Source: Verrucomicrobiota bacterium (GTDB lineage Bacteria > Verrucomicrobiota > Verrucomicrobiia > Limisphaerales > UBA11358). Taken from it: a DNA stretch of 64,000 nt. Location: NCBI GenBank assembly GCA_049517655.1, contig JBEKRQ010000001.1, positions 661,438 through 725,437 of the forward strand, in the 5' to 3' direction. Below, one piece after another: positions 1 through 9,700 of the stretch (position 1 is the first letter of the stretch; every line of letters begins with the position of its first letter). Under the pieces are notes generated by a model. That model made no database searches, was not told the DNA's origin, and saw only the letters and a program-made list of their open reading frames with translations. Position numbers and translations under genes: made by a program.

Positions 1-263
1 GTTGGGACGGTCGCAGCCATTACCGAAGGCGATCCGGGTTGTTGAGAGTGAAAAAGCCTCCTACAACACCCTTGGTTAACCGGGACAGCGCTATGAGGTG
101 GGCAAGGCGTTTGGCTGTTCAGTCTGATGTAGGTGAGCTTTGCTTCGATTTCAGAAGCGTTCGTAACCGAGACCACGATTCGCGAAGCGAACAACAACAC
201 TTGGGGCGACCATCTAGTGGCGGGCTTGGGAAGCCTAACCTGTGCCAACGTTCGTTTTCATGG

Positions 264-400
264 CATCACGCGTGCTATGGTTGGCGTGTAAAGTTCAAAT
301 AACCCCGGCTGTCTCGGCGCTAAAGAGGTTTCAGGCACGCCTTTTTAAGAATGGTTTGTCAACCATCACGAGGGCTATGGTTGGCGTGTCGAGTTCAATT
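264..400. repeat. Two ~37-nt direct repeats (264-300 and 364-400), exactly 100 nt apart, bracketing junction element E4
   Basis: catcacg-NNN-gctatggttggcgtgt-NN-agttcaa-Nt occurs twice with about 5 mismatches by eye. A degenerate E-like stretch precedes copy 1. Confidence 0.6.
334..366 (-). repeat. Cassette-junction element copy E4. It is the terminal copy and no Rhs sequence follows it.
   Basis: + strand ggcacgcctttttaagaatggtttgtcaaccat. Nearly identical to E3 (one extra A). It lies just downstream (minus sense) of the stop of ORF 395-655. Confidence 0.7.
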
Positions 401-655
401 ATCACGCAAACTTTGGCTTGTGCCAAGCATGAATCGCGGCACAAACCTGACCACAATAAATCCCAGCGCGATGCTTATGATCGAACCACCAATAAACACC
501 GCACCGATAAGCGTGGTGTTTTCTTTGTGCAAAAATAGTAATATGCAACCTATCGGCAGAAATATAGCACCGCTGACTATGCATGAAATGCCGATGATCT
601 TGCTGAGGATTGGGATCAACTTCTTGACGAGGTATTCTGGTGGTCTTGGTAACAT
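395..655 (-). CDS. Small hydrophobic membrane protein (86 aa, about 2-3 TM). Possibly an immunity gene left behind by a lost orphan module.
   Basis: ORF-track protein is dominated by hydrophobic stretches (ISCIVSGAIFLPIGCILLF, LIGAVFIGGSIISIALGFIVV). It is co-oriented with the Rhs array and is the last ORF before E4. Confidence 0.4.
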   Translation of the reverse strand: MLPRPPEYLVKKLIPILSKIIGISCIVSGAIFLPIGCILLFLHKENTTLIGAVFIGGSIISIALGFIVVRFVPRFMLGTSQSLRDN

Positions 656-747
656 AGCGTGTAATTTTGTCAGACTATATCACTCGACGCATCATTGCGC
701 CGGGTGTCTGACTTCTCGTCTAATCTTGTTAGGCGGCATGGCTCTCA

Positions 748-984
748 TCACCTTGAAGTGAACCAAAAGAAAATGGCACAAGCAATCCATGAAACACCTA
801 AAACCACAACCATCCACGGCTTGTAGTCTCTACTCTTACTCCCATACGCCGGAAATTGCTTGCGCCTCTCTTCATTCCAAATCTTCTTTTCTAGCCACTT
901 AAAACCGACAAGGATCAGCTTGCTAAATACGATAAATATGATGCCAAGCACCAAAAAGACAATTGCTGGAGTTTTTGCGTTCAT
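748..984 (-). CDS. Small 2-TM membrane protein (78 aa). Candidate immunity for the Gly-rich tip of orphan module 6.
   Basis: Starts 25 nt after the stop of ORF 1010-2125. Two hydrophobic helices (AIVFLVLGIIFIVF, WMVVVLGVSWIACAIFFWF) flank a charged loop. Confidence 0.5.
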   Translation of the reverse strand: MNAKTPAIVFLVLGIIFIVFSKLILVGFKWLEKKIWNEERRKQFPAYGSKSRDYKPWMVVVLGVSWIACAIFFWFTSR

Positions 985-1009
985 GCGTCAAAGCTCCTAT
1001 AATTTATAA

Positions 1010-2089
1010 TTACCAACTTAGTCTAGGGGTTTTATGTGGAGTGCCACCTTCCGAAAAGTAATGTGTAAACGTATAGTTAACTGCACCAACATATAAAGTC
1101 CCTTTGGCAGTTACGTCGTAACCAAACGTAATATAGGCGTCTGCGCCGGTGCTATCCGCTTCTATTCCGTATTCGGCGTAATAGTGCCCACCATATGACC
1201 CAGACAAACCAACAATTCCAATCCCGCCTCCTATCTCTCCGCTTAAAAATGCACCTGTTGACTTATCAAAATGCACCGCGCCTTTTTCCTCACCACATTC
1301 CTTCACATAATGCAATTCAGTAGCATCTCCAACTTGTGGGCCTACAATGTCAAGTCCCAATGTGTAACCACCAATCGTCTGTCTCCAGCCAAACCCTATG
1401 CCAACTTGCCAAGAGAAACTTACACCCGCATCTATAGCATCGCCACTGCAACCGCAGCAAGAACATTTTTGCCAAGATGCCTCCAGAGTCAATGTTAGCC
1501 CCAGTAGCGCATAGTCTTGGGTCTGCAATTTTTCTGAAAAATTATGACAATTCAGTTTGGAACACAGTCCCAACCAATCATAATAAGTTAAAGGGGCATT
1601 CCCAACGAATGCGTAAAGGTTGGCCCCACCGAGTTCATCCATTGGGTCTCTATTTGGCCATGTTCCCGTGGACGGCTTGTAATACCTGTAGCCGTAGTAA
1701 AGCAAATCGGATTCATCGTCCTGATATTTGGTCGAGAACCGGAAGGGATTGACTTTAGCCATCAACCCAGTGATGCGAATCGGTTCCCCGAAGGGGCCAT
1801 ACTCGTAATTTGCCACCACGGTTCCGTCGCCGGCGTTGACAAGCGCAGCAATATTCCCGTTGCCATCATACGCAACAAAGCAGTTAGTGGTTTGTGGACC
1901 GTAGTAACTGATCTCCAACAATCCGCCCACTCCGCCCGCGCCTTGTTGCGAGCCGGAAAGGTCTAATCCCCAAACGTAGCTACGGATGAGCGAGCCGCTC
2001 GTCCCTACCTCGGCAATCAAATTCCACCCGTCATACACAAACCGGTTGGTGTATTGCGGCACGCCTTTTAAGAATGGTTTGTCAACCAT
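1010..2089 (-). CDS. Orphan Rhs module 6: Rhs core remnant plus a 184-aa Cys/Gly-rich C-terminal tip
   Basis: VPQYTNRFVYDGWNL...GAGGVGGLL...YDGNGN...YYGYRYYKPSTGTWPNRDP...NLYAFVGNAPLTYYDWLGL, followed by the tip (1010-1564) with GEIGGGIGIVGLSGSYGG. The ATG at 2089 lies inside element E3. Expression is unproven. Confidence 0.7.
   Translation of the reverse strand: MVDKPFLKGVPQYTNRFVYDGWNLIAEVGTSGSLIRSYVWGLDLSGSQQGAGGVGGLLEISYYGPQTTNCFVAYDGNGNIAALVNAGDGTVVANYEYGPFGEPIRITGLMAKVNPFRFSTKYQDDESDLLYYGYRYYKPSTGTWPNRDPMDELGGANLYAFVGNAPLTYYDWLGLCSKLNCHNFSEKLQTQDYALLGLTLTLEASWQKCSCCGCSGDAIDAGVSFSWQVGIGFGWRQTIGGYTLGLDIVGPQVGDATELHYVKECGEEKGAVHFDKSTGAFLSGEIGGGIGIVGLSGSYGGHYYAEYGIEADSTGADAYITFGYDVTAKGTLYVGAVNYTFTHYFSEGGTPHKTPRLSW
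2058..2089 (-). repeat. Cassette-junction element copy E3
   Basis: + strand ggcacgccttttaagaatggtttgtcaaccat. Rhs homology (VPQYTNRF) follows directly on the minus strand. Confidence 0.7.
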
Positions 2090-2477
2090 TCGGAAGTGAC
2101 AGAGCAGGAACCATTTCAAGACCACCCTTTATATCCCACTCACCGTTATCAGTCTGAACTAGATAAATGTAGTTATTACCCACTTCCACCCGGGCCGCTA
2201 ATTGTTTCTCAGCCCAAACAACCCACACTTTTTTTACGAGTAACTTCGGAATGGGAATACGGCCTAGACTTTTTGCAATCTTCTGGCGATTTTCTTTTGA
2301 ACAGTAGCCGATGAATTCAACTCCTGATAAGTCAATCGGCGTAGCATCGGTTAATGGTTTGAGAGTGTATGGTCTACCTCCGATACCAACAGTCATAGGA
2401 GATTTGTCGCGACACCCATACAAAGTAAAAGCAATGAGTATGACAGCTAAATTTAATATATATGTATTTGGTTTCAT
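2082..2477 (-). CDS. Putative lipoprotein (131 aa). Candidate immunity for the HExxH tip of module 5.
   Basis: N-terminal signal peptide with lipobox (LIAFTLYG-C). Starts 17 nt after the stop of ORF 2494-3048. Confidence 0.55.
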   Translation of the reverse strand: MKPNTYILNLAVILIAFTLYGCRDKSPMTVGIGGRPYTLKPLTDATPIDLSGVEFIGYCSKENRQKIAKSLGRIPIPKLLVKKVWVVWAEKQLAARVEVGNNYIYLVQTDNGEWDIKGGLEMVPALSLPNG

Positions 2478-2493
2478 TGTTCGAGCTTAGAGT

Positions 2494-4361
2494 TTATTGA
2501 CACGCCTTTTGATAATCTGCCTTTGCCTTACTTGCCATTGTCGCATAAGTGGAGGCGAGTTTTTGAGCATCTTGAGCGGCATCACACCACTGTCCGTATT
2601 GGCTGCAATCAAACTGATAATTATTTGCTCGCATTTCTTCAAAATAATACCAATTCATTGAATCAAAGTAGTTTTTCTTTGCTAGAAAGCACGACCAACA
2701 CACGCATTTCGTAGCCCGAATAGAAGCCAACAGGTTATCTACACTATCGAGATAATTTTTCAGATATTCTACATGTCTGAACTCATGATTTCTTAAAGTC
2801 GGCGGCGGTGCATGGGGGTTGGGGTCATTAGGATTATGCCCCTCTGCATATCTGACTGTTGTTGTAAAGTGAGTAACGTCTGATGCAAAGTGCGCCAAAA
2901 ATAACCCTATGCAAGGCCCTGAATTGGGACTAACAGGTAAACTTGGCATAGAAGTGTCAGCCAAAGCTGTGCCCATTTCAGATTGAGGCACACCAGTAAC
3001 CTCATTGATCCCATCGAGTTGCAATCCCAAGTTATCTCTCTTGTTCAACGAATCGTTTCTAACAAACGTGTAAAGATTTCCCCCTCCTTTTCCATAAACG
3101 GGTCTCTATTGGGCCATGTTCCCGTGCTCGGTACGTATTCGCGGTGGAGATACTTAATTCTTTGAGTCACATCATCTGCAAATTGTGTGCTGAATCGGAT
3201 TGGGTTCAACTTGCCTACCGTTCCCGTGATACGAATTGCCTGACCAAAAGGATCGTAGTCATAATTCGCGGACACAGTTCCATCAGCAGCATTGACCAAA
3301 GCAGAGACGTTTCCATTTCCATCGAACGCTGCGAAATGTGTGCCGTTAGTCTTGAAACTCACCGCCAATAATCCACCAACGCCACCCGCGCCTTGCATTG
3401 AGCCACTCAAGTCAAGTCCTCGCATGAATGACATCACCAAGCCATTCGTCTGGTCGAGAATCGCCAGCAACACTTTCCCATCCCACACAAACCGATTCGT
3501 GTATTGCGGCACATAAGAACTTCCGTTCCAGCTTGAAACGATTCTTTGATTCCATCTTCCATCCGGCAAATACGTCCACTCTTCTTTCATGCGCCCTGCC
3601 GTTGGCACGTTGGTTCGACACTCAGTTGCAATCAGCCGGTTCTCCGCGTTCCACGTGTTTGTCCACAGTCCATCACTGGTTAAGTTGCCATCCGCGTCAT
3701 AGGTGAAGGTTTGAGGTGATTGTGCCATTAGAACATTTCCAGTCACACTCGTTTGCCCCGTCGCTGCCACAATGATATTTGTCCACAACGCCATTGAACT
3801 GTTATCTGCGCTCAACTCTTTCCTGAAGTATTCGATTTTTCTATAAGCGGTTTGATTATTCACTGTGACGGTGTTTGTTGCAATGCTGACGCCCATAATA
3901 TCAACGTAGCTGGGCACATCACGGCTGGTAATTTGATTCAATGTGTTCACGGAATATGATGCAGGCCGGAGGCCTGCGCCACCTTGGTCGCCACCAGCTT
4001 TTGTCTGCGTCCGATTGCCAATGGTGTCAAACGCATACTCAAATTGTTGTCCTGCCACAGGTGTTCCATCTGACCAGTATTTCTTGCCGGAGGTGACTTG
4101 ACCGAGTGAGTCGTAATTGTAAATCCAGTATGAACCGTCAGCGAGATTGGCGCGAGTTCTCTGGTTGGCGTTGTTGTAATTGTAGGTGTGAGAGTCCAAA
4201 GTCCTCAGTCCACTGTCCAAAGTTGAAATTTGCGTGAGGCGATTCAGATTATCGTATCGTTTCGTTGTCGTCATGCGCTGTGCTCCACTGTTGGTAAAGA
4301 CAATCTGACTCACCATTTCATTCGGGCAGTGGCACATGATACTCGGGATGCTTTGCGGCAA
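2494..4361 (-). pseudogene. Orphan Rhs module 5, frameshifted: Rhs repeats and core (3045-4361) separated from its HExxH-containing tip (2494-3048) by a 1-nt shift in a G5/C5 run near 3080-3084
   Basis: Frame a reads ...STGTWPNRDPFMEKEGEIFTRLLETIR*. The other frame reads GGGNLYTFVRNDSLNKRDNLGLQLDG, the canonical Rhs end motif (GG.NLY.FV.N.....D.LGL), and continues into the tip carrying RNHEFRHVEYL. Confidence 0.7.
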
Positions 4362-4839
4362 AATCTTTGAGCCATCGAGCGCGAAGGTCCCAGAAAATTA
4401 CGCCATTGACGGGCAAAATATTTATTCCAAAACCAGCATGGTTCGACAGATGTCGATCATACATTAATGGATATCCATCTGGAACCGCATTTGTCCCAAA
4501 AAAGGGAGTCCAATTAATGTAAACATAGTCACTTTCGATAGCAGTATTTGTTACTGTTAATGACCGTTTTCTTACACCAGGACAACTTAAAATATTCACC
4601 ATTGAAGTGGTGTTAGGAATCTGAAACCGATAACTAGCTGTTGCGACCGCAATAATGTTAGTAGGATAGAGCCCGTTATGTTCCAAACGATAACTCATTA
4701 CATTAGCCTTAAGCGCTGCCAATGTATATTGGCACGCAAAAACTTCTCGCACTCGTTCCAATATGCTAAACAAAAGCACTAATGCGAGAAGCGCAAAAGC
4801 TGATTGCTTAATGACTCGTCTTAATTTTACCATTTCCAT
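4318..4839 (-). CDS. Signal-anchored or secreted protein (173 aa). Candidate immunity for module 4.
   Basis: N-terminal hydrophobic segment SAFALLALVLLFSIL. Its start overlaps the stop of ORF 4827-6356 by about 13 nt. Confidence 0.5.
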   Translation of the reverse strand: MEMVKLRRVIKQSAFALLALVLLFSILERVREVFACQYTLAALKANVMSYRLEHNGLYPTNIIAVATASYRFQIPNTTSMVNILSCPGVRKRSLTVTNTAIESDYVYINWTPFFGTNAVPDGYPLMYDRHLSNHAGFGINILPVNGVIFWDLRARWLKDFAAKHPEYHVPLPE

Positions 4840-6356
4840 CCCGTAATGCTTCCCCGATAAATTCTTCCAGCTGAATCTAATTTAGTTTTCCACTTGCCTC
4901 CTTCGCAGGATAGATAGCTTATTTGCGCAAAGGTTACGTAAACTTCTGCTAACTGATCGATGTACAACCATACAGGAAGGCCACAAGTAGTACTATTGTT
5001 GCATTGCACCCTTATTCCAACTGTGTCATCGTGAAGATAACACGTATCCCACAAAAGAATCAAATTTTTGTAGGAGCCCCCTGTGAAAGACAAACTCACA
5101 CTCATATTAATGCTTCCACCTAGGAAATAATTACCAACAGAATCAGTCCGAGTCATCTGATGATAAGCCGGTTTTTCACAGCAAGGGTCACCATCCCCAG
5201 GTAGCTTATAAAACCACTTGCCCGGAGTGTGACGTGTTACAGTGTGACCATTCACGGGTTGCGTCTCTGTTGTCGTCAAGAACGGCCCTGGCGTACCCCA
5301 GTTATAAAGACCCAACGGATCGACTTTCGTAATAGGATTGTTGCGTGCAAACGCATAAAGATTAAAACCGCCTTGTTCTCCCAACGGGTCTCTATCTGGC
5401 CATCTACCTGTAATCGGGTCATAATAACGATAACCATAATAATAGAGACCAGTTTCCCAGTCGTAGAATTTCGTGGAGAAGAGAAACGGATTTAGTTTGG
5501 CAAGCGGGCCGGTCGCGCGTATGGGTTCGCCAAAGGGGCCATACTCATACTGCGCTGCAATCGTCCCATTGGCCGCGTTTACAAGTGCCACTACATTTCC
5601 ATTGCCATCAAAACAATAGAAATACGTCCCCGCATTCGTCTCCGAATAGACGGTCATGGAAATGAGTCCACCCACTCCGCCTGCACCCTGTATACTCCCA
5701 CTTAAATCTGTGCCCCACTGGAAAGAAGTCAGGAGTGAGGAGTCAGGATTCAGAATAGCTACAAGATTCCATCCGTCATATACAAACTTGTTGGTGGACT
5801 GTGGAACATAAGTCGAGCCATTCCATGTCGAAACAATCTTTTGAATTCTCCGACCCTGCCAATCGTAGGTAAAATCCACCTTCTGTTTGGCGGCATCCGG
5901 CACAGTGGAAATGGATGCAATCGAAACGAGATAATTCTCTCCATTCCAAATGTTCGTCCATAATCCGCCGCTGGTTTGATTACCGTCTAAATCATAGGTG
6001 AATGAATTCGTTTGTGGCGCAATTAACAGATTCCCATTCGCAGCAGAACTTCCGTTCATATTGACTTGCACATTTTGCCAGACCGGATTGTTTTGATTGG
6101 TCACTGACAATTCCGCCCGGAAGTATTCAATCCTGCGATAAGGATTAATGCCATTAACAGTCAACGTATTGGTTGCAATCGCCACACCAATTACATCCAC
6201 GTAATTGGGAACTGTTCTTTGCGTGTATTGATTTAGGTTGTTGGCTATATAACTGGAGCTTCGTTGGTTGCCACCATTTTGATCTCCACCCGACAACGTT
6301 TGTGTTCGGTTCCCGATATTATCAAAGCTGTAACCGAATTCCTGCCCGGCAATCAT
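4827..6356 (-). CDS. Orphan Rhs module 4 (509 aa) with a 159-aa tip of unknown type
   Basis: Starts MIAGQEFGYSFDNIGNRT (inside the YD-repeat region). Core reads WGTDLSGSIQGAGGVGGLISMT...FDGNGN...YYGYRYYDPITGRWPDRDP...NLYAFARNNPITKVDPLGL, followed by the tip at 4827-5306. Confidence 0.8.
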   Translation of the reverse strand: MIAGQEFGYSFDNIGNRTQTLSGGDQNGGNQRSSSYIANNLNQYTQRTVPNYVDVIGVAIATNTLTVNGINPYRRIEYFRAELSVTNQNNPVWQNVQVNMNGSSAANGNLLIAPQTNSFTYDLDGNQTSGGLWTNIWNGENYLVSIASISTVPDAAKQKVDFTYDWQGRRIQKIVSTWNGSTYVPQSTNKFVYDGWNLVAILNPDSSLLTSFQWGTDLSGSIQGAGGVGGLISMTVYSETNAGTYFYCFDGNGNVVALVNAANGTIAAQYEYGPFGEPIRATGPLAKLNPFLFSTKFYDWETGLYYYGYRYYDPITGRWPDRDPLGEQGGFNLYAFARNNPITKVDPLGLYNWGTPGPFLTTTETQPVNGHTVTRHTPGKWFYKLPGDGDPCCEKPAYHQMTRTDSVGNYFLGGSINMSVSLSFTGGSYKNLILLWDTCYLHDDTVGIRVQCNNSTTCGLPVWLYIDQLAEVYVTFAQISYLSCEGGKWKTKLDSAGRIYRGSITGWKW

Positions 6357-6359
6357 TTC

Positions 6360-6389
6360 GGCACGCTTTCTTAGGAAGGGTTTGGCAAC
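6360..6389 (-). repeat. Cassette-junction element copy E2 (the most diverged copy)
   Basis: + strand ggcacgctttcttaggaagggtttggcaac. It lies between the immunity stop (6405) and the module-4 ATG (6356). Confidence 0.6.
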
Positions 6390-6404
6390 TTATTTTAGCC
6401 ACAT

Positions 6405-6734
6405 TTATTTAATCATTGGAATACAAGGAAATGCAATAACAGAAATAACACAAAAAAATAGAAAAGAGTATATGACAGCCAAAATTCCTAGATACAGCAC
6501 GTTGATTTCACTTGTGGGCCGTTTCCTAAAAGCCACGAATGCCGAGAACAACCAAAACGGGATTGGAATTACTAAAAATAGGAATTTGTTCGCTAGAAAA
6601 AATTGAGTGCAACCCGGGAAGTTACTTGTCAAGTGAAGCGGATAGATACTCTGGAACAAAACAAGCATCAACCACAGTCCAAAGCAACCAACCGTAAAAG
6701 CTAAAGTGAATAGAATATTGGTTATTTTTTGCAT
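6405..6734 (-). CDS. Polytopic membrane protein (109 aa, about 3-4 TM). Candidate immunity for module 3.
   Basis: Almost entirely hydrophobic helices. Starts 17 nt after the stop of ORF 6751-9894. Confidence 0.55.
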   Translation of the reverse strand: MQKITNILFTLAFTVGCFGLWLMLVLFQSIYPLHLTSNFPGCTQFFLANKFLFLVIPIPFWLFSAFVAFRKRPTSEINVLYLGILAVIYSFLFFCVISVIAFPCIPMIK

Positions 6735-6750
6735 ACCATTAAACCATGAG

Positions 6751-9700
6751 TCATGGGTCTTGGGCTTGACTGGGCCCTGACGGATTCAATGTAGGATTCG
6801 AGTTAAAAGAATCATATGCCCATGTAAACGAAACACAGCCAAGAGCCTTGCCGTCACTACAATACGCACAATCCTTAAGTTTAAATGCAGTTCCGAATAG
6901 CCACCCACTCCAAGGGGCATCAGTGATTTCTAAATTCCCACTGCCAGTCTGTTCGTCGAATGTCGGATCACTCCACCATGGAACGTAGTTATGTTTAAAT
7001 GAAATTGTTTGCACTAGGTGAATGTTATTTTTGGCACATGTGCAACAGTTTTTATCAGGCACAAATCGAACACTAAAACCATCAACAGGTGTGCCCGGAG
7101 TTACACCACGCTTATCTGCATCTGACCCATAAATTGGCACCTGCTTTGGAGAAACCACGAAAAACCCGCATGCAAGAGCATATAAATCAATGTTTTTAAT
7201 GGGATCGTTGGCGATAAAACAATAAAGGTTCTTCTCTTGGTTGCGGTCAAAGCTTCGACGACTGCGATTCAGAGTTTGGAAGCCGATCTCATTGATGGGG
7301 TCGTGATTTGACCATGTGCCGGTGCTTGGCGTGTATTCACGATGCAGATACTTAATTCTTTGAGTCACATCATCTGCAAATTGAGTGCTGAAACGGATTG
7401 GATTCAATTTTCCAACTGCTCCAGTGATACGAATGGTTTGACCGAATGGGTCATACTCATAGTTTGCACTCGTGGTGCCATCAGCGGCATTGACCAAAGC
7501 AGAGACGTTTCCATTTCCATCGAACGCTGCGAAATGTGTGCCGTTAGTCTTGAAACTCACCGCCAATAATCCACCAACGCCACCCGCGCCTTGCATTGAG
7601 CCACTCAAGTCAAGTCCTCGCATGAATGACATTACCAAACCGTTCGTCTGGTCGAGAATCGCCAGCAACACTTTCCCATCCCACACAAACCGATTCGTGT
7701 ATTGCGGCACATAAGAACTTCCGTTCCAGCTTGAAACGATTCTTTGATTCCATCTTCCATCAGGCAGATAGCTCCACTCTTCTTTCATGCGCCCAGCCGA
7801 AGGAACATTCGTCAGGTTTTGAGTGGCAATCAAACGATTCTCTGCGTCCCAAGTATTTGTCCACAGTCCATCACTGGTTAAGTTGCCATCCGCGTCATAC
7901 ACGAACGCTTGAGGAGACTTTGCCAAAAGAACATTACCTGTCACACTCGTTTGCCCCGTTGCCGCTACGATGATGTTTGTCCAAAGTGCCAACGAACTAT
8001 TATCTACGCCCAGTTCCTTCCTGAAATATTCCACCTTCCGATATGCCGTCTGGCCATTCACCGTTACCGTGTTCGTGGCAAAGCTCACGCCTTTGATGTC
8101 CACATAACCCGGCACATCCCGGCTGGTGATTTGATTGAGTGTGTTGTTCGTATAGTTCGCCGTGCGCAAATAGCCGCCGTTCTGGTCTCCGCCGGCTTGG
8201 GTCTGTATGCGATTGCCGATATTGTCAAACGTGTAATCAAACTGCTGGCCAGCGACGGGTGTCCCGTCAGACCAATACTTATTGCCGCCGGTCACTTGGC
8301 CCAGCGAGTCGTATTGATAAATCCAGTAGGAACCGTCGGCCAGGGTGTCCTTGGTGCGCTGATTGGCGGGGTTGTAGTTGTAGGTGTGAGAGTCCAAAGT
8401 CCTCAGTCCACTGTCCAAAGTCGAAATTTGCGTGAGGCGATTCAGATTATCGTATGACTTGGTTGTGGTCATGCGAGTTGTGCCGCTCTGCTTAAAGGCA
8501 ATCTGGCCTACCAACGGCGAGTTGGCAAGATAGGAATAAGTCGCCGAGTCCAAAGTCCCAAGTCCAATGTCCAAAGTCGAAACGGTCTGGAGACGGGAGG
8601 CGGTGTCGTAGTCATACGAAGCAGAAGCAAGGAGCACGGATGAAGGACTAAGTAAAGCCAGATTCGTGCGGCGCAAATACGCGTCGTAATTGTTGGTCAC
8701 GGTAAGGCCATTCAAGGTGCCGCCGGAATACGATTCGCTTAAAAGCTGATTCGCTGAATTATATGTCAGGGACTCGGTGGAACTCGCCCCTCCGACTTGG
8801 ATGAGACGGCCCAAACGGTCGTAGGTGTTGGTGACGTTCGATGTTGCGCCGCCGGAATAAACAATTGTGGCCAAACCGCCAGCATTGTCATAAGCATAGG
8901 TGGTTGTGATTCCTCTCGCCCAAGTCCGCGATGCCAGTCGATTTGCCGATGTATTTACATAACCCAATTTACTGCTGTCCGGAAATGTTTTGTTCGTCAG
9001 GAAACCGCGATAACCGTCATAATTCCACGTCGTCACGCGCGCACCGCTGCCGCTGCTGAAATTGCTCCAGTTTGTCATGGTCTTTAATCGTCCGGCGTAA
9101 TCGTATCCGTAACCGACCGGATAGGTGCGCGAACCGTATTGCAAACCAAGCTCACCTGTGGGCAGATAAACGCTGTTGACGGTCATGTTATCGGGCTGCG
9201 TTACGCTGACAGCTTGTAGCATGTTGTTGTAAGTGGTGGTTGTGGTCTGGGACAATGGCGCGGTTACGCTCGTCACCAGATCGGCGTTATTAAAACCGTA
9301 AGTGGTCGTGCCATTACGAGCATCGGTGACGGTGTTTTGTCGGCCTTGCGGGTCGTAACCGTAGGTGGCACCGCCAATCGGGTTGCCGTTGGAGTCATAG
9401 CGTGTGGTGGAAATGGGCCGGCCATAGGAGTAGGCGCTGATGGTGTAGGAGCCGTCCGGGGCGGTGGTGATGGTTGAGCGGCTGTTGCCCGAATAACTGG
9501 TCTGGTTGGTGGTCGTCACCGGCGTGCCGGCGTCGCGATAAACGGTCTGCCAGTTGGTTAAGCCGTCGGTTGAGACACGGATTTCACTGATTAACGCGGA
9601 TTGATCCACGCCGTTTTGGTTCCAGACATAGGTGCGTGTGCGGCGGACATTGGCGTTGTTATTGGTGGTCACGTCGTTGGTGGTGCAGGTGATGCGGTCG

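Noticed and set aside
1-300. Possible tmRNA, tRNA-like or other structured RNA at the left edge. This was considered because genomic islands often sit next to ssrA or tRNA genes and the region lacks a good ORF.
   Set aside because: I could not find a tRNA-like acceptor/T-arm (no GGTTCGA-type T loop closed by a stem plus CCA). I also found no plausible tag reading frame ending in a hydrophobic ...AA stop. The call cannot be supported by eye.
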